Assembly (NCBI RefSeq): GCF_000019605.1
Contig: NC_010482.1
Location: 810,001-842,000 of the forward strand
Reading direction: 5' to 3'
From: Candidatus Korarchaeum cryptofilum OPF8
GTDB taxonomy: Archaea; Korarchaeota; Korarchaeia; Korarchaeales; Korarchaeaceae
Length of the DNA: 32,000 nucleotides
This document shows, piece after piece, positions 16,857 to 26,249 of this stretch; positions within the stretch are counted from its first letter, which is position 1, and every line of letters begins with the position of its first letter. The translations under genes were made by a program, and so were the position numbers. The notes below the pieces were generated by a model, which saw only the letters and a list, made by a program, of their open reading frames with translations, did not search any database and had not been told where the DNA came from.

Positions 16857-17960
16857 TTATGGTTTTATTATATCTAGGGCTTTGAGGTTCAGCTCCCTCA
16901 CTTCCTTCGGTATCGGAATGTAGCCCCTTATGACCTTCTCCTGCCCCTCAGTATTCACGTACTTTATGAACTCCTTTATCGCTGCCACTTTGTCCTCAGG
17001 ATAGCTTGTGTAGAAGAGCAGATGGCTGAACGATGCTATCGGGTAGGAGAGCTTCCCTGGGGCGTAGAGTATAGCGTCCAGATCTCCACTGAAGTCACCA
17101 TCGGGGCTAGATGGCAATTTCGCCAGAGCTCCTCTGGCCGCTTCCATTATAGTCGTCTCATTAGCCATGACGAAGTAGCCTTCCTCGTTCTTTATCAGGG
17201 CAGTCGGCATGTTGAGCTCAACAGCGTAATTGAGCTCCACATAGCCTATAGAGCCCTCAGTAGTCCTGAGGACTTCAGCAACCCCCTGATTCCCCTTGCC
17301 ACCTACTCCGTTCCCGAGCTTATCCACGGGCCACTCTATTGACTTGCCCACTAGTTCCTTAGGCCAAACGTTCGGAGCGGCCTTGTGAAGGAAGTTCGTG
17401 AATACATCAGTTGTCCCGCTAGAATCGGACCTATGGACAGCTATTATCCTCTTATTCGGGAGATTTATCTCTGGATTCAGCTTCCTGATCCTCTCATCGT
17501 TCCAGTACTGTATCTCACCTTTGTATATGAGGGCTATCGTCTCAGCATCCAGCTTCAGTCCCTCGGCTTCGGGGAGGTTGTAAGTCACGACGACGGCGCC
17601 TATTACGAATGGCATCTGGACGAACTTACCCTTCCACTCCTCCCACTTCGCCTTAGATATGGGAGGATCTGATGCAGCGAAATCCACTACTTTCGTGAAG
17701 AACTGCTCCTGTCCAGTTCCGCTTCCAGTCGGGTTGTAATTGATCGATATGTCCGGGTGCTTCTTCGTGAAATCATCTATCCAGGCCGCTATTTGAGGAT
17801 AGGGGAAGGTAGCTCCCGAGCCAAGCAAACTCACCTTCTTGGCCGGCTTGGTCTCACTCGGCCCTGTCGTAACTGTCGTCTTAGGAAGCGTGAGCAGGAC
17901 CAGTGCTCCTGCCACTAGGACGAGGGCCAGCAATAATATCGCTATCACAGTACGACTCAT
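16857..17960 (-). CDS. pstS: Phosphate ABC transporter substrate-binding protein PstS, membrane-anchored
   Basis: Motifs GSGATFPYPQIAAW, NPTGSGTGQEQF and VDFAASDPP, with an N-terminal hydrophobic anchor. ATG 17960 is preferred over the track's 18002 because TTTATAAAATTT (minus-strand reading of 17988-17999) would otherwise fall inside the CDS. Confidence 0.85.
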   Translation of the reverse strand: MSRTVIAILLLALVLVAGALVLLTLPKTTVTTGPSETKPAKKVSLLGSGATFPYPQIAAWIDDFTKKHPDISINYNPTGSGTGQEQFFTKVVDFAASDPPISKAKWEEWKGKFVQMPFVIGAVVVTYNLPEAEGLKLDAETIALIYKGEIQYWNDERIRKLNPEINLPNKRIIAVHRSDSSGTTDVFTNFLHKAAPNVWPKELVGKSIEWPVDKLGNGVGGKGNQGVAEVLRTTEGSIGYVELNYAVELNMPTALIKNEEGYFVMANETTIMEAARGALAKLPSSPDGDFSGDLDAILYAPGKLSYPIASFSHLLFYTSYPEDKVAAIKEFIKYVNTEGQEKVIRGYIPIPKEVRELNLKALDIIKP

Positions 17961-18006
17961 ATGATCCCCTGAGCTATACCATTCTGGAAATTTTATAAAC
18001 ACTTCG

Positions 18007-18110
18007 TAAGTAAATTACTTAACCGAGGTCTTCTATATTGTCTATATAGATTTTTGCTCTATTATATAGAGTGGGTATCTGGATGCAAGGTTTTATTTTC
18101 CTAAATTACT
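18007..18110. promoter_or_regulatory. pstS / phoU-like divergent control region with several palindromes and a direct repeat
   Basis: TAAGTAA-A-TTACTTA (18007-18021), perfect palindrome TCTATATAGA (18041-18050), CTCTAT-TAT-ATAGAG (18057-18071), TAAATTACT repeated at 18011-18019 and 18102-18110, and TTTTATTTT (18091-18099) about 25 nt upstream of ATG 18120. Confidence 0.4.
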
Positions 18111-18119
18111 GTATCTAGG

Positions 18120-19130
18120 ATGAGGATGAGCAAGCTCTACATAAGGAACCTCCAGCTCACCGGAAATGCTACGTACACGGTCTCGGTCCCCAAGGAATGG
18201 GTGAAGATGCTGGGGCTTGATAAGGGATCGAAGATATATCTAGAGGAGATGCCAGATGGCTCCCTGAGGATCTACAGCAACCCGGCTAAAGAAACGCCCA
18301 CGCTATCTAAGGAGATGGAACTGGGAAGGGGGGATGATGTGGAGAGCTTCGTGAGGAGGATAATAGCTGCTTATTTAGCTGGCTTCTCTATAGTCACTCT
18401 GAAGTTCGATCCCGAGCTGAGGGATCTGGCCATAAGCGTGAGGAGGATGCTCGAATCATCAGTCCTCGGGTTCGATGTCCTCAGGGAGAGCAAATCTGAG
18501 TTCACGTTCTATACTGTGATAGATGAGGATAGCATGAAGTTGAGCGATGCTCTAGCTAAACTTAGGGAGGATACACACTATATGCTCGAGGACACGCATT
18601 CTGGGATGCGGAACTTGGATCAGAACGTATTGAGGGGGGTCATAGAGCAGGATCAGATCGTGGATAAGCTTTACTTACTCATAACGAAGCAGATCACCAG
18701 CATGCTCATGAGACCATTCAAGATAAAGGATTATGGACTTGAGAGCGCTGCGGAAGCTCCTCACATATTCCTAGCCGCCAGGTCCATGGAGAGGATATCT
18801 GATCACGCTGTCCTACTTGCTAAAGAATCCCTCGACATGATTTCAGAGGGGAGGGAGTTCCCCGATTGGATCCTGGGTGAGCTCAGGGAGTCAATAGATC
18901 TCTTCGACAGCTCCACGAGGCTCTTATTCGAACTAGATCAATGGGAGGCCGATGAAGTAGCTAGAAGGATAAATGAAGCTATTAGATCCTTGAAGGGCAG
19001 GAGCGTGAGCGATAGCTGGCTTCAGATACTGGCTAATAGCATAGAGAGGGTCCTGGGTTACAGTATGAACATCATTGAGGCCGTGATAGACATAAGCTTG
19101 ATAAGGGAAGCGGTGAAGCAGAGCGAATGA
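18120..19130 (+). CDS. AbrB/SpoVT-type DNA-binding domain fused to PhoU-like domains (archaeal phosphate uptake regulator type)
   Basis: N-terminal NATYTVSVPKEWVKMLGLDKGSKIYLEE (looped-hinge-helix AbrB motif), followed by about 280 aa of helical PhoU-like repeats (ERISDHAVLLAKE). It is divergent from pstS. Confidence 0.75.
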   Translation: MRMSKLYIRNLQLTGNATYTVSVPKEWVKMLGLDKGSKIYLEEMPDGSLRIYSNPAKETPTLSKEMELGRGDDVESFVRRIIAAYLAGFSIVTLKFDPELRDLAISVRRMLESSVLGFDVLRESKSEFTFYTVIDEDSMKLSDALAKLREDTHYMLEDTHSGMRNLDQNVLRGVIEQDQIVDKLYLLITKQITSMLMRPFKIKDYGLESAAEAPHIFLAARSMERISDHAVLLAKESLDMISEGREFPDWILGELRESIDLFDSSTRLLFELDQWEADEVARRINEAIRSLKGRSVSDSWLQILANSIERVLGYSMNIIEAVIDISLIREAVKQSE

Positions 19131-19164
19131 TTATAAGGATCCCGGTATCCTAGGGCTAGAGAGC

Positions 19165-19971
19165 ATGAGGTTCGACGGGAAGGTGGCTCTAGTAACTGGA
19201 GCCTCTAGGGGGATAGGTAGAGCGATAGCCCTGGCCCTAGCTAGGGAGGGGGCGAACGTAATCGTGAATTACTCCAAGGATGACGCTAAAGCTAGGGAAG
19301 TAGTGGATTCCGCAAAGTCCCTAGGGAGCAGGGCTATAATGGTGAGAGCGGATGTCTCGAATCCAATGCAGATCGAGGAGATGGAGAGAGTAGTGAGGGA
19401 GGAGTTCGGTAGGCTCGATATATTAGTTAATTCAGCCGGGATCACCTTCAGGCGCCCCCTGGAGGAGGTGCCGTATGAGGAATGGAGGAGGGTCATGGAG
19501 GTCAATCTGAATGGGGCTTTTTACGTGATGAGGACCTTCTTCAAGCTCATGGCGGATTCAGGTGGGGGGAGTATAATAAACATAGCTTCAGTAGCTGGTT
19601 ACATACCTATGGTCGGTTCCGGGGCTTACAGTCCATCTAAAGCCGGCTTGATAATGCTAACTGAACTCGCTGCGGCTGAATGGGCTGAGTACGGGATAAG
19701 GGTCAATGCTGTATGCCCGGGGCCTATCGAAACGGATATGCTGAGGGAGGAGTTCACTGAGGAGCAGCTCGAGATAAGGAAGAGGCTGATCCCCCTAGGT
19801 AGGCTGGGGAGGACTGATGACGTCGTGAAGCTCGTGCTCTTCCTGGCTTCGGAGGACTCGAGCTATATAACTGGAGAGTCCTTCATAGTGGATGGAGGGA
19901 TGGCCGTGAGCTACTACCTCCTCATGGAGAAGCTCTTCAAGATGGGGAAGAAGATCTTGGAGCAACCCTGA
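19165..19971 (+). CDS. Short-chain dehydrogenase/reductase (FabG-like)
   Basis: Motifs TGASRGIGRAIA, NSAGI and catalytic YSPSKAG. Confidence 0.9.
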   Translation: MRFDGKVALVTGASRGIGRAIALALAREGANVIVNYSKDDAKAREVVDSAKSLGSRAIMVRADVSNPMQIEEMERVVREEFGRLDILVNSAGITFRRPLEEVPYEEWRRVMEVNLNGAFYVMRTFFKLMADSGGGSIINIASVAGYIPMVGSGAYSPSKAGLIMLTELAAAEWAEYGIRVNAVCPGPIETDMLREEFTEEQLEIRKRLIPLGRLGRTDDVVKLVLFLASEDSSYITGESFIVDGGMAVSYYLLMEKLFKMGKKILEQP

Positions 19972-20147
19972 GCCGCCCCGACGTCCATGAGCGATCCCTC
20001 TCGACAGCCAAAACTCATTAAAATTTAAGGGGCTGCGGCTAGCAAATTAAAGTTAAAGATATCTCCCTTTTACTGTGAACGTTTTATCCGACGGGGCAGG
20101 TGAAAAATTTTATATGTTATTCCCCTCCACCTCCCCCCAGGTGCGGC

Positions 20148-21056
20148 ATGGAGGTAAGCGATCCGTTCTTCTGGATCCTGTTCCACGGGGTGATAATAAC
20201 ATTCCTGCTGATAGACCTTAGGCACTACCGCCACGTTGAGATGAGCTTCAGGGACAGCTTGAAGTGGGTCCTGATATGGGTATCGATAGGCCTGAGCTTC
20301 TCAGTCATAATATTTCACAATTATGGGGTTGATGAGTTCATAAAATATATAACAGCTTACGTGACGGAGTACCTTCTCTCGATGGATAACGTATTCGTCT
20401 TCCTAGCAATCTTCACATACTTCGCGGTGCCTTACAACGCTAGGCCCCTCGTCCTGTTCCTCGGGATAATCTTCGCAGCTCTATTCAGGGCCACCTTCAT
20501 AATCGTCGGGGTCACCCTGCTCCAGACTTACCACTGGATGGTTTACGTATTCGGAGCCGTCCTCATATACTCCGGCTATAAGATGGCGAAAGGAGGGGCT
20601 GAGAGCGTTGATCCGGGGAAGAATAGAGTCGTGCAATTCGCTAAAAAGTTCCTGCCTCTGACTCATGAATACGAGGGGCAGAAGTTCATCGTGAAGAGGT
20701 CTTCCTCCAGGTTCTTCACTCCCCTCATATTGGTGCTGATAGCGATAGAGACTACTGATATAATGTTCGCTTTCGATTCGGTACCAGCAGTCCTAGCCAT
20801 AACTAGGGAATTCTTCACGGCTTACACATCCAATATAATGGCTATCCTCGGCTTGAGGTCCCTCTACTTCCTACTGGAACATGGAGTCAGGAGGCTCAAG
20901 AACCTGGGGAAGGGATTGGCGGTCTACTTAGTGTATTTGGGAATAGCGTTCCTACTGACCGCTTTCGAGATAGACATACCTTCATGGGTCTCCCTGGCTA
21001 TTATAGGCACTATACTCCTCTGGGCATATCTGACTTCTAGGGGGGAGGCTGAGTAA
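20148..21056 (+). CDS. TerC-family integral membrane protein
   Basis: TerC signature EYLLSMDNVFVF plus a second half-repeat (ETTDIMFAFDSVPAV). ATG 20148 is preferred over the track's GTG 20100 because AAAAATTTTATATGTT (20103-20118) looks like the BRE/TATA. Confidence 0.85.
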   Translation: MEVSDPFFWILFHGVIITFLLIDLRHYRHVEMSFRDSLKWVLIWVSIGLSFSVIIFHNYGVDEFIKYITAYVTEYLLSMDNVFVFLAIFTYFAVPYNARPLVLFLGIIFAALFRATFIIVGVTLLQTYHWMVYVFGAVLIYSGYKMAKGGAESVDPGKNRVVQFAKKFLPLTHEYEGQKFIVKRSSSRFFTPLILVLIAIETTDIMFAFDSVPAVLAITREFFTAYTSNIMAILGLRSLYFLLEHGVRRLKNLGKGLAVYLVYLGIAFLLTAFEIDIPSWVSLAIIGTILLWAYLTSRGEAE

Positions 21057-21089
21057 CAACTTTTTATTATTTCTTCATATGAGCTCCCG

Positions 21090-22949
21090 ATGAGGCAGAT
21101 AGCGGTCGAGGATTTCTGCAAGATATTCCTCCTGGGTCCCCCTTTCTTGAGGAGCGATGGTAACTTCTTAGCTTTCAGGGGAGGGAGGGCTCTCTTAGAT
21201 AGCGATAGCTACGAGTACAGGATATGGGGAGCCCCTATCGGTAGCGAGCCAGTGCCGCTGACGAGAGGTCCCAAGGACTGGAACCCTTCCTGGGAGCCTG
21301 GGGGGGAGAGGTTCATATTCATCAGGAAGGAGGAGAACAGCTTAATCCTCTGGACCCCCTCGGAGGAGTATAAAGTGCTACAATGGGAGAACGGGATAGA
21401 AGAAGTTGAATGGGTCTCCGGGAAGGTGGCTGCGGCTATAATGAGGGAGGGTAAGAGGGATGATGTCAGAACTATAAGGAGCATACCTTTCTGGGAGAAC
21501 GGGGAGGGATGGACTTACTGGTTCACCAGGAGGCTCTACGGGATAGATTTAATGACTGGGGAGTCCTGGCCAATCTCAGCCGAGGGATTGGAGGTTCTGG
21601 ATTTCAAGACATCCCCTGATGGAAGGAGAATAGCTTTCCTGGCCCTAAAGGACAGAGAGAAGCCCCTAAATGTCAGCCTCTTCATCTCAGATCTCCATGG
21701 CGATGCTTACGAGCTGGGCGACGGTAGTTGGTACTTGAGTAGGGTGAGTTGGAAGGGGGACTCGAGGCTCGGGGTAGTCGGGCACGATAAGAGGAGGGGC
21801 CTTGCCACTAACAGGCACTTATACGAGACTCCAATAGATTCATGGGATCCAGTAGATCAGATTAAGGTCGATAGGAGCGTAGGGAACTCTCTTAACAGCG
21901 ATGTTAGAGGGGGAATGAACCTCAGGCCGATATGGCATGATGGCTCCTGGTACGCTGTGATACACGATGGGAAATCTGCTCCTCTCTTCAGGCTGAGGGA
22001 TGGGAATTTGGAGGTAGTTGGCAGATCCGATATATCAGTCGAGGGCTTCGATGTTAAGAACGGGAGGATAGTCCTGACCGCGATGAGTTTCGATAGGCCA
22101 TCTGAGATATACGTCGTGGATAATGAGATGAGGAGATTGACGGGGATGAACGATGGCTACCTCTCAAGGGTCAAATTGAAGAGGGCTGAGGAGTTCGTGA
22201 TTAAGGCTTCTGATGGGGTGGATGTGGAGTGCCTCTTCCTAGCTCCCGATGGGGCTCCTCCCTATCCAACTATACTGTACGTTCACGGAGGGCCAGCGAC
22301 TTCCTTCGGAAACGCATTCATGCACGAGCTCCACTTCCTGAATCAGAACGGATACGCTCTCCTCTTAGTCAACTTCAGGGGAAGCGAGGGATACGGTGAG
22401 GACTTCAGGGATATAAGGGAGAGGTACGGGGAGAGGGATTTCCTGGATCTAATGGAAGCCCTGGATGAGGCCATAAGGAGGGAATACGCTGATCCGAATA
22501 GGCTAGCTGTGATGGGAGGGAGTTACGGGGGCTTCATGACGAATTGGATAATAGGACATAGCGATAAGTTCAAAGCAGCTGTGACGATGAGGGGTATCTG
22601 CAATTGGATAAGCGATTACGGGACGACTGATATAGGCTTCTACTTCAACCCCGATCAGATAGGCGGGACTCCCTGGGATAACTTCTCCAAGTACTGGGAG
22701 AAGAGCCCCCTCGCCTACGTCAGTAATGTGAGGACACCCACTCTAATATTGCACAGCGATGAGGACTACAGGTGCTGGTTAGATCAAGCCCTCCAGTTAT
22801 TCACAGCCCTGAAAGTACTGGGTGTTGAGACAGAGCTCGTCATATTCCCAGGGGAGAATCATGATCTGAGCAGGAGCGGGAAGCCGAAGCACAGGATAGA
22901 GAGGCTGAAGAGGATCTTGGATTGGCTCGATCGGCATCTGAAAAAGTAA
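21090..22949 (+). CDS. S9-family serine peptidase (acylaminoacyl-peptidase / prolyl oligopeptidase type)
   Basis: N-terminal beta-propeller-like region. The C-terminal alpha/beta hydrolase carries YVHGGP, the nucleophile elbow GGSYGGFM, HSDEDYRC and GENHDL (Ser/Asp/His). Confidence 0.9.
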   Translation: MRQIAVEDFCKIFLLGPPFLRSDGNFLAFRGGRALLDSDSYEYRIWGAPIGSEPVPLTRGPKDWNPSWEPGGERFIFIRKEENSLILWTPSEEYKVLQWENGIEEVEWVSGKVAAAIMREGKRDDVRTIRSIPFWENGEGWTYWFTRRLYGIDLMTGESWPISAEGLEVLDFKTSPDGRRIAFLALKDREKPLNVSLFISDLHGDAYELGDGSWYLSRVSWKGDSRLGVVGHDKRRGLATNRHLYETPIDSWDPVDQIKVDRSVGNSLNSDVRGGMNLRPIWHDGSWYAVIHDGKSAPLFRLRDGNLEVVGRSDISVEGFDVKNGRIVLTAMSFDRPSEIYVVDNEMRRLTGMNDGYLSRVKLKRAEEFVIKASDGVDVECLFLAPDGAPPYPTILYVHGGPATSFGNAFMHELHFLNQNGYALLLVNFRGSEGYGEDFRDIRERYGERDFLDLMEALDEAIRREYADPNRLAVMGGSYGGFMTNWIIGHSDKFKAAVTMRGICNWISDYGTTDIGFYFNPDQIGGTPWDNFSKYWEKSPLAYVSNVRTPTLILHSDEDYRCWLDQALQLFTALKVLGVETELVIFPGENHDLSRSGKPKHRIERLKRILDWLDRHLKK

Positions 22950-22960
22950 AAAATGAATAA

Positions 22961-23668
22961 TTATATCCCTAGATAAGCTCTCCTGACTTCATCCATCTGG
23001 ATCAATTCCTTGGATGGTCCTTGCAGCACGATCCTCCCCGTCTCAATTATGTAAGCCTTCTCGGATATCTCGAGAGCAGCTCTAGCGTTCTGCTCAGCTA
23101 GGAGTATGGTGACTCCCTCATCCCTCATCCTCTGCAGAGTCCTGAATATCTCCACGACTAACTTCGGCGCTAGACCCATCGAGGGCTCGTCCAGCGCTAG
23201 GAGCTCCGGCCTGCTCATGAGGGCTCTGGCTATAGCGAGCATCTGCTGCTCCCCACCGCTCATGGTACCGGCCAGCTGATCCTTTCTCTCCTTCAAGACT
23301 GGGAAGAGCGTGAATACCCACTCCAAGCTATCGCTCATCCTCTCCTTGGCCCTAGGGGTGTAAGCCCCCATCTCCAAGTTCTCCATCACAGTCATCATCG
23401 GGAAGAGCTGCCTGCCCTCGGGAACTAGAGAGAGACCCAATTCGACCCTCTTGTGGCTCGGGAGCTGGGTTATATCCTCCCCCTTGAATGAGATCTTACC
23501 CTTAAACGGTCTTATGAGCCCAGAGATGGCCCTGAGGAGTGTCGTCTTACCAGCCCCGTTGCTCCCCAGGAGGCTCACGATCTCCCCGCTCTCAACATCG
23601 AGGCTCACACCCCACAGGACTTGGAGGTCACCGTAGCCCGCATCCAGATCCCTCAACTCCAGCATCAT
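22961..23668 (-). CDS. livF: Branched-chain amino acid ABC transporter ATP-binding protein, LivF type
   Basis: Walker A GSNGAGKTT, signature MSGGEQQMLAIARAL, Walker B LLALDEPS. There is a 4-nt overlap with livG. Confidence 0.9.
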   Translation of the reverse strand: MMLELRDLDAGYGDLQVLWGVSLDVESGEIVSLLGSNGAGKTTLLRAISGLIRPFKGKISFKGEDITQLPSHKRVELGLSLVPEGRQLFPMMTVMENLEMGAYTPRAKERMSDSLEWVFTLFPVLKERKDQLAGTMSGGEQQMLAIARALMSRPELLALDEPSMGLAPKLVVEIFRTLQRMRDEGVTILLAEQNARAALEISEKAYIIETGRIVLQGPSKELIQMDEVRRAYLGI

Positions 23669-24387
23669 AATCTCACCTGCTCCCCTAAGTAGGCCTCTAT
23701 GACTTTCGGATCCCTAGATATCTCCTCAGGAGTCCCCTCAGCGAGCTTCATCCCCCTGTGGAGGACGAAGACCCTGTCGGAAATCGTCATCACAGCCCTC
23801 ATGACATGTTCTACCATGATAACCGTTATCCCGAATTCATCGACGAGCCTCCTGACTAAGTTAGCCACTTCCATCGTCTCCGATGGGTTGAGGCCTGCCA
23901 CGAGCTCATCCAGAAGTAGAAGCTCTGGATTCGTTGAGAGAGCCCTTGCAAGCTCCATTAGCTTCCTCTCAACTACATTGAGAGTTCTGGCCTCCTGATG
24001 GGCCTTCTCCCTCAATTTTACGTATTCTATCCACCTCTCCGCTATCTCCCTGGCTTCAGAACCGGAAGCGTTCCCACCGTAAAAGGCCGCGGTCATCACG
24101 TTCTCAAGTACCGTCATCCTCCCAAAAGGTTTCGGGATCTGGAAGGTCCTTCCTATGCCCAGCCTAGTGATCTTATGGGGTCTCATCCCAGTTATATCCA
24201 CCCCCTTGAAAAGCACTCTGCCGCCATCCGGCTTGTAGAAACCTGTTATCACGTTGAAGAGCGTCGTCTTCCCTGAGCCGTTGGGCCCTATCAAGCCGAG
24301 CAACTCCCCCTTACTGACGCTCAGGGAGACATTATTGAGAGCTACCAATCCACCGAATCTCTTCGTTACATCCCTAACCTCGAGCAT
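23665..24387 (-). CDS. livG: Branched-chain amino acid ABC transporter ATP-binding protein, LivG type
   Basis: Walker A GPNGSGKTTLFN, Walker B LLLLDE and a LivG-type C-terminus (DPKVIEAYLG). Confidence 0.9.
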   Translation of the reverse strand: MLEVRDVTKRFGGLVALNNVSLSVSKGELLGLIGPNGSGKTTLFNVITGFYKPDGGRVLFKGVDITGMRPHKITRLGIGRTFQIPKPFGRMTVLENVMTAAFYGGNASGSEAREIAERWIEYVKLREKAHQEARTLNVVERKLMELARALSTNPELLLLDELVAGLNPSETMEVANLVRRLVDEFGITVIMVEHVMRAVMTISDRVFVLHRGMKLAEGTPEEISRDPKVIEAYLGEQVRL

Positions 24388-25327
24388 GATCCCCCCTCCT
24401 CGCCAGAAACCTCCTCAGGAATCCGTATATGCCACCTGGCATGAGTACTACTACTATCAGCAGGACTACACCGTAGAGGAGGACGCTCAGACCCGCTATC
24501 ATACCGCCGAAGAGGGCATTTAAGTAAAGGGAGACGGGTACTATTATTAAAGCGCCTATTATGCCACCGTAGGGGCTCCCAGCCCCTCCTACGACATCTA
24601 TCGCCGCTATCTGCGTCGAGAAATCCAATCTGACTAGAGTATCTGGCCTTATGTAATGTATCCACTGGGCGTAAAGAGTCCCGCCCATCCCGGTGAGGAA
24701 AGCGCTTATCGCAGCTCCAAGTACCTTGGCTCTATAGACATCGATCCCCACTGCTTCAGCAGCATCCTCATCCTCCCTCAGAGCTATCAGGGCTACTCCA
24801 AATTTAGATCTCTCGAAGTACTTGAGGAACAGGATCCCGAAGATAGCGAAAGCTAGCATCAAGTAGTAATAATAGATCTGCTTATCGAACATCATGTACT
24901 CGAATCCCGTCTCATTGATCATGATGCCCAGAGGCCCCCCGGTTATATCCTTCAGGTAAGTGAGGAGCAGCTGCGTCAACTCAGCGAATGCTATCGTGCC
25001 CAGAGCGAAGAAGGGCCCCCTTAACCTGAGGGAAGCGAAGCCCACGAGAGCACCAGCTGCTCCAGCGATTATTCCCGCGATCCAGATCCCCACCCAGGGA
25101 ATTAAACCGAAGTCCTCCAGGAGGAGTGTAGAAGTATATGCCCCCAATCCCAGGAAAGCCGCATGTCCCAGGGAGAACTGACCTCCATAGCCGCCTATAA
25201 CATCCCAGGCCATAGCGAGGTAAGCCCACATGAGCATCTGAACTAAGACAGTGAGTGAGAACTCATCCAAGAAGGGAGGGACTATCAGGGCGAGGAGAAG
25301 AAAAGCTATCATCAGATATCTCCTCAT
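24374..25327 (-). CDS. livM: Branched-chain amino acid ABC transporter permease, LivM type
   Basis: Polytopic protein with GQFSLGHAAFLGLGAY and RSKFGVALIALREDEDAAEAVG, typical of LivM. Confidence 0.9.
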   Translation of the reverse strand: MRRYLMIAFLLLALIVPPFLDEFSLTVLVQMLMWAYLAMAWDVIGGYGGQFSLGHAAFLGLGAYTSTLLLEDFGLIPWVGIWIAGIIAGAAGALVGFASLRLRGPFFALGTIAFAELTQLLLTYLKDITGGPLGIMINETGFEYMMFDKQIYYYYLMLAFAIFGILFLKYFERSKFGVALIALREDEDAAEAVGIDVYRAKVLGAAISAFLTGMGGTLYAQWIHYIRPDTLVRLDFSTQIAAIDVVGGAGSPYGGIIGALIIVPVSLYLNALFGGMIAGLSVLLYGVVLLIVVVLMPGGIYGFLRRFLARRGDHARG

Positions 25328-25328
25328 A

Positions 25329-26219
25329 TCAGACCCTCCTGAGCGCTCTCCCGAATAGCCCCTCGGGCTTAAGGAGGAGTACTACTAGGAATACTGAGTA
25401 AACTAAGATATGCCTGAAGGCGTTAGTGAACATTACCGTGCCGATCCCCTCCAGGACACCTATTATGAGGCCCGAGATTATCACACCATATATCGATCCG
25501 AGGCCCGCGAATATGACCACGACGTAAGAAGCTATGTCCCAGACGTAACCCGCGAGGGGCCTTATATTAGGATAGAATGTTGATACTAGCACGCCAGCTA
25601 CTCCAGCGAGCGCCACCCCGAGTGAGAAGGTGAAAAGCCTTATCCTAGATACATTTATGCCGACTACTCTCGCTCCGATCGGATTTTGAGACACAGCTCT
25701 TATAGCTTTCCCTAACCTAGATCTCTTCATGAATTGATCTACCAGGAAAATCGCTATTAATGATAGAGAGAAAGCGATAGCCTCAGCAAGGCTCGTTCTT
25801 ATCCCGAAGAGCTCCAGATAAATTCCTTTGTAGATATTATCATAAGATCTGGGGCTCGGAGACCAGAGTATGAGGGCTATGCTCTCTATCGCCACAGAGA
25901 TCCCCAGAGTAGATAGTAGGGTCGCTTCATGCCCTCCTGGTTTCTCTATCACGGGCTCTATCGCTATCAGATGTATAATCCCGCCCAAGGCGCCTAGGAG
26001 GCAAAATGCAACTATGGCAGCTATCAATGGGTCCATCCCGAGCAGTAGAACCATCCAGTATGCTGTGTACATTCCAAGCATGAGCAAGTCCCCATGGGCC
26101 CAGTTAACGGCCCTCATAACTCCCCATATCAGGGAGAGGCCTAGAGCTGTGAGAGCGTAAACTCCGCCTAGGATGGCATATGATATTATGAGTTGACTGT
26201 AAGCGCTCCACTCTATCAA
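25329..26219 (-). CDS. livH: Branched-chain amino acid ABC transporter permease, LivH type
   Basis: Polytopic protein with VNWAHGDLLMLG and RSRLGKAIRAVSQNPIGARVVG, typical of LivH. Confidence 0.9.
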   Translation of the reverse strand: MIEWSAYSQLIISYAILGGVYALTALGLSLIWGVMRAVNWAHGDLLMLGMYTAYWMVLLLGMDPLIAAIVAFCLLGALGGIIHLIAIEPVIEKPGGHEATLLSTLGISVAIESIALILWSPSPRSYDNIYKGIYLELFGIRTSLAEAIAFSLSLIAIFLVDQFMKRSRLGKAIRAVSQNPIGARVVGINVSRIRLFTFSLGVALAGVAGVLVSTFYPNIRPLAGYVWDIASYVVVIFAGLGSIYGVIISGLIIGVLEGIGTVMFTNAFRHILVYSVFLVVLLLKPEGLFGRALRRV

Positions 26220-26249
26220 AACCGCTCCCCCCTTATAAAAAAAGGAAGT

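Noticed and set aside
20029-20100. The G-rich start GGGGCTGCGGCTAGC looked like a tRNA acceptor/D-arm.
   Set aside because: There is no complementary CAGCCCC 3' acceptor strand within 70-95 nt, no GG D-loop and no GTTCRANNC T-loop motif. It is most likely plain spacer upstream of the TerC promoter.
19972-20147. A manganese (yybP-ykoY) riboswitch upstream of the TerC-family gene, as seen in bacteria.
   Set aside because: This is an archaeal-type promoter context. After moving the start to ATG 20148, the predicted leader downstream of the TATA box (20103-20118) is only about 10-20 nt. That is far too short for the four-helix riboswitch, and I see no matching conserved helices upstream.
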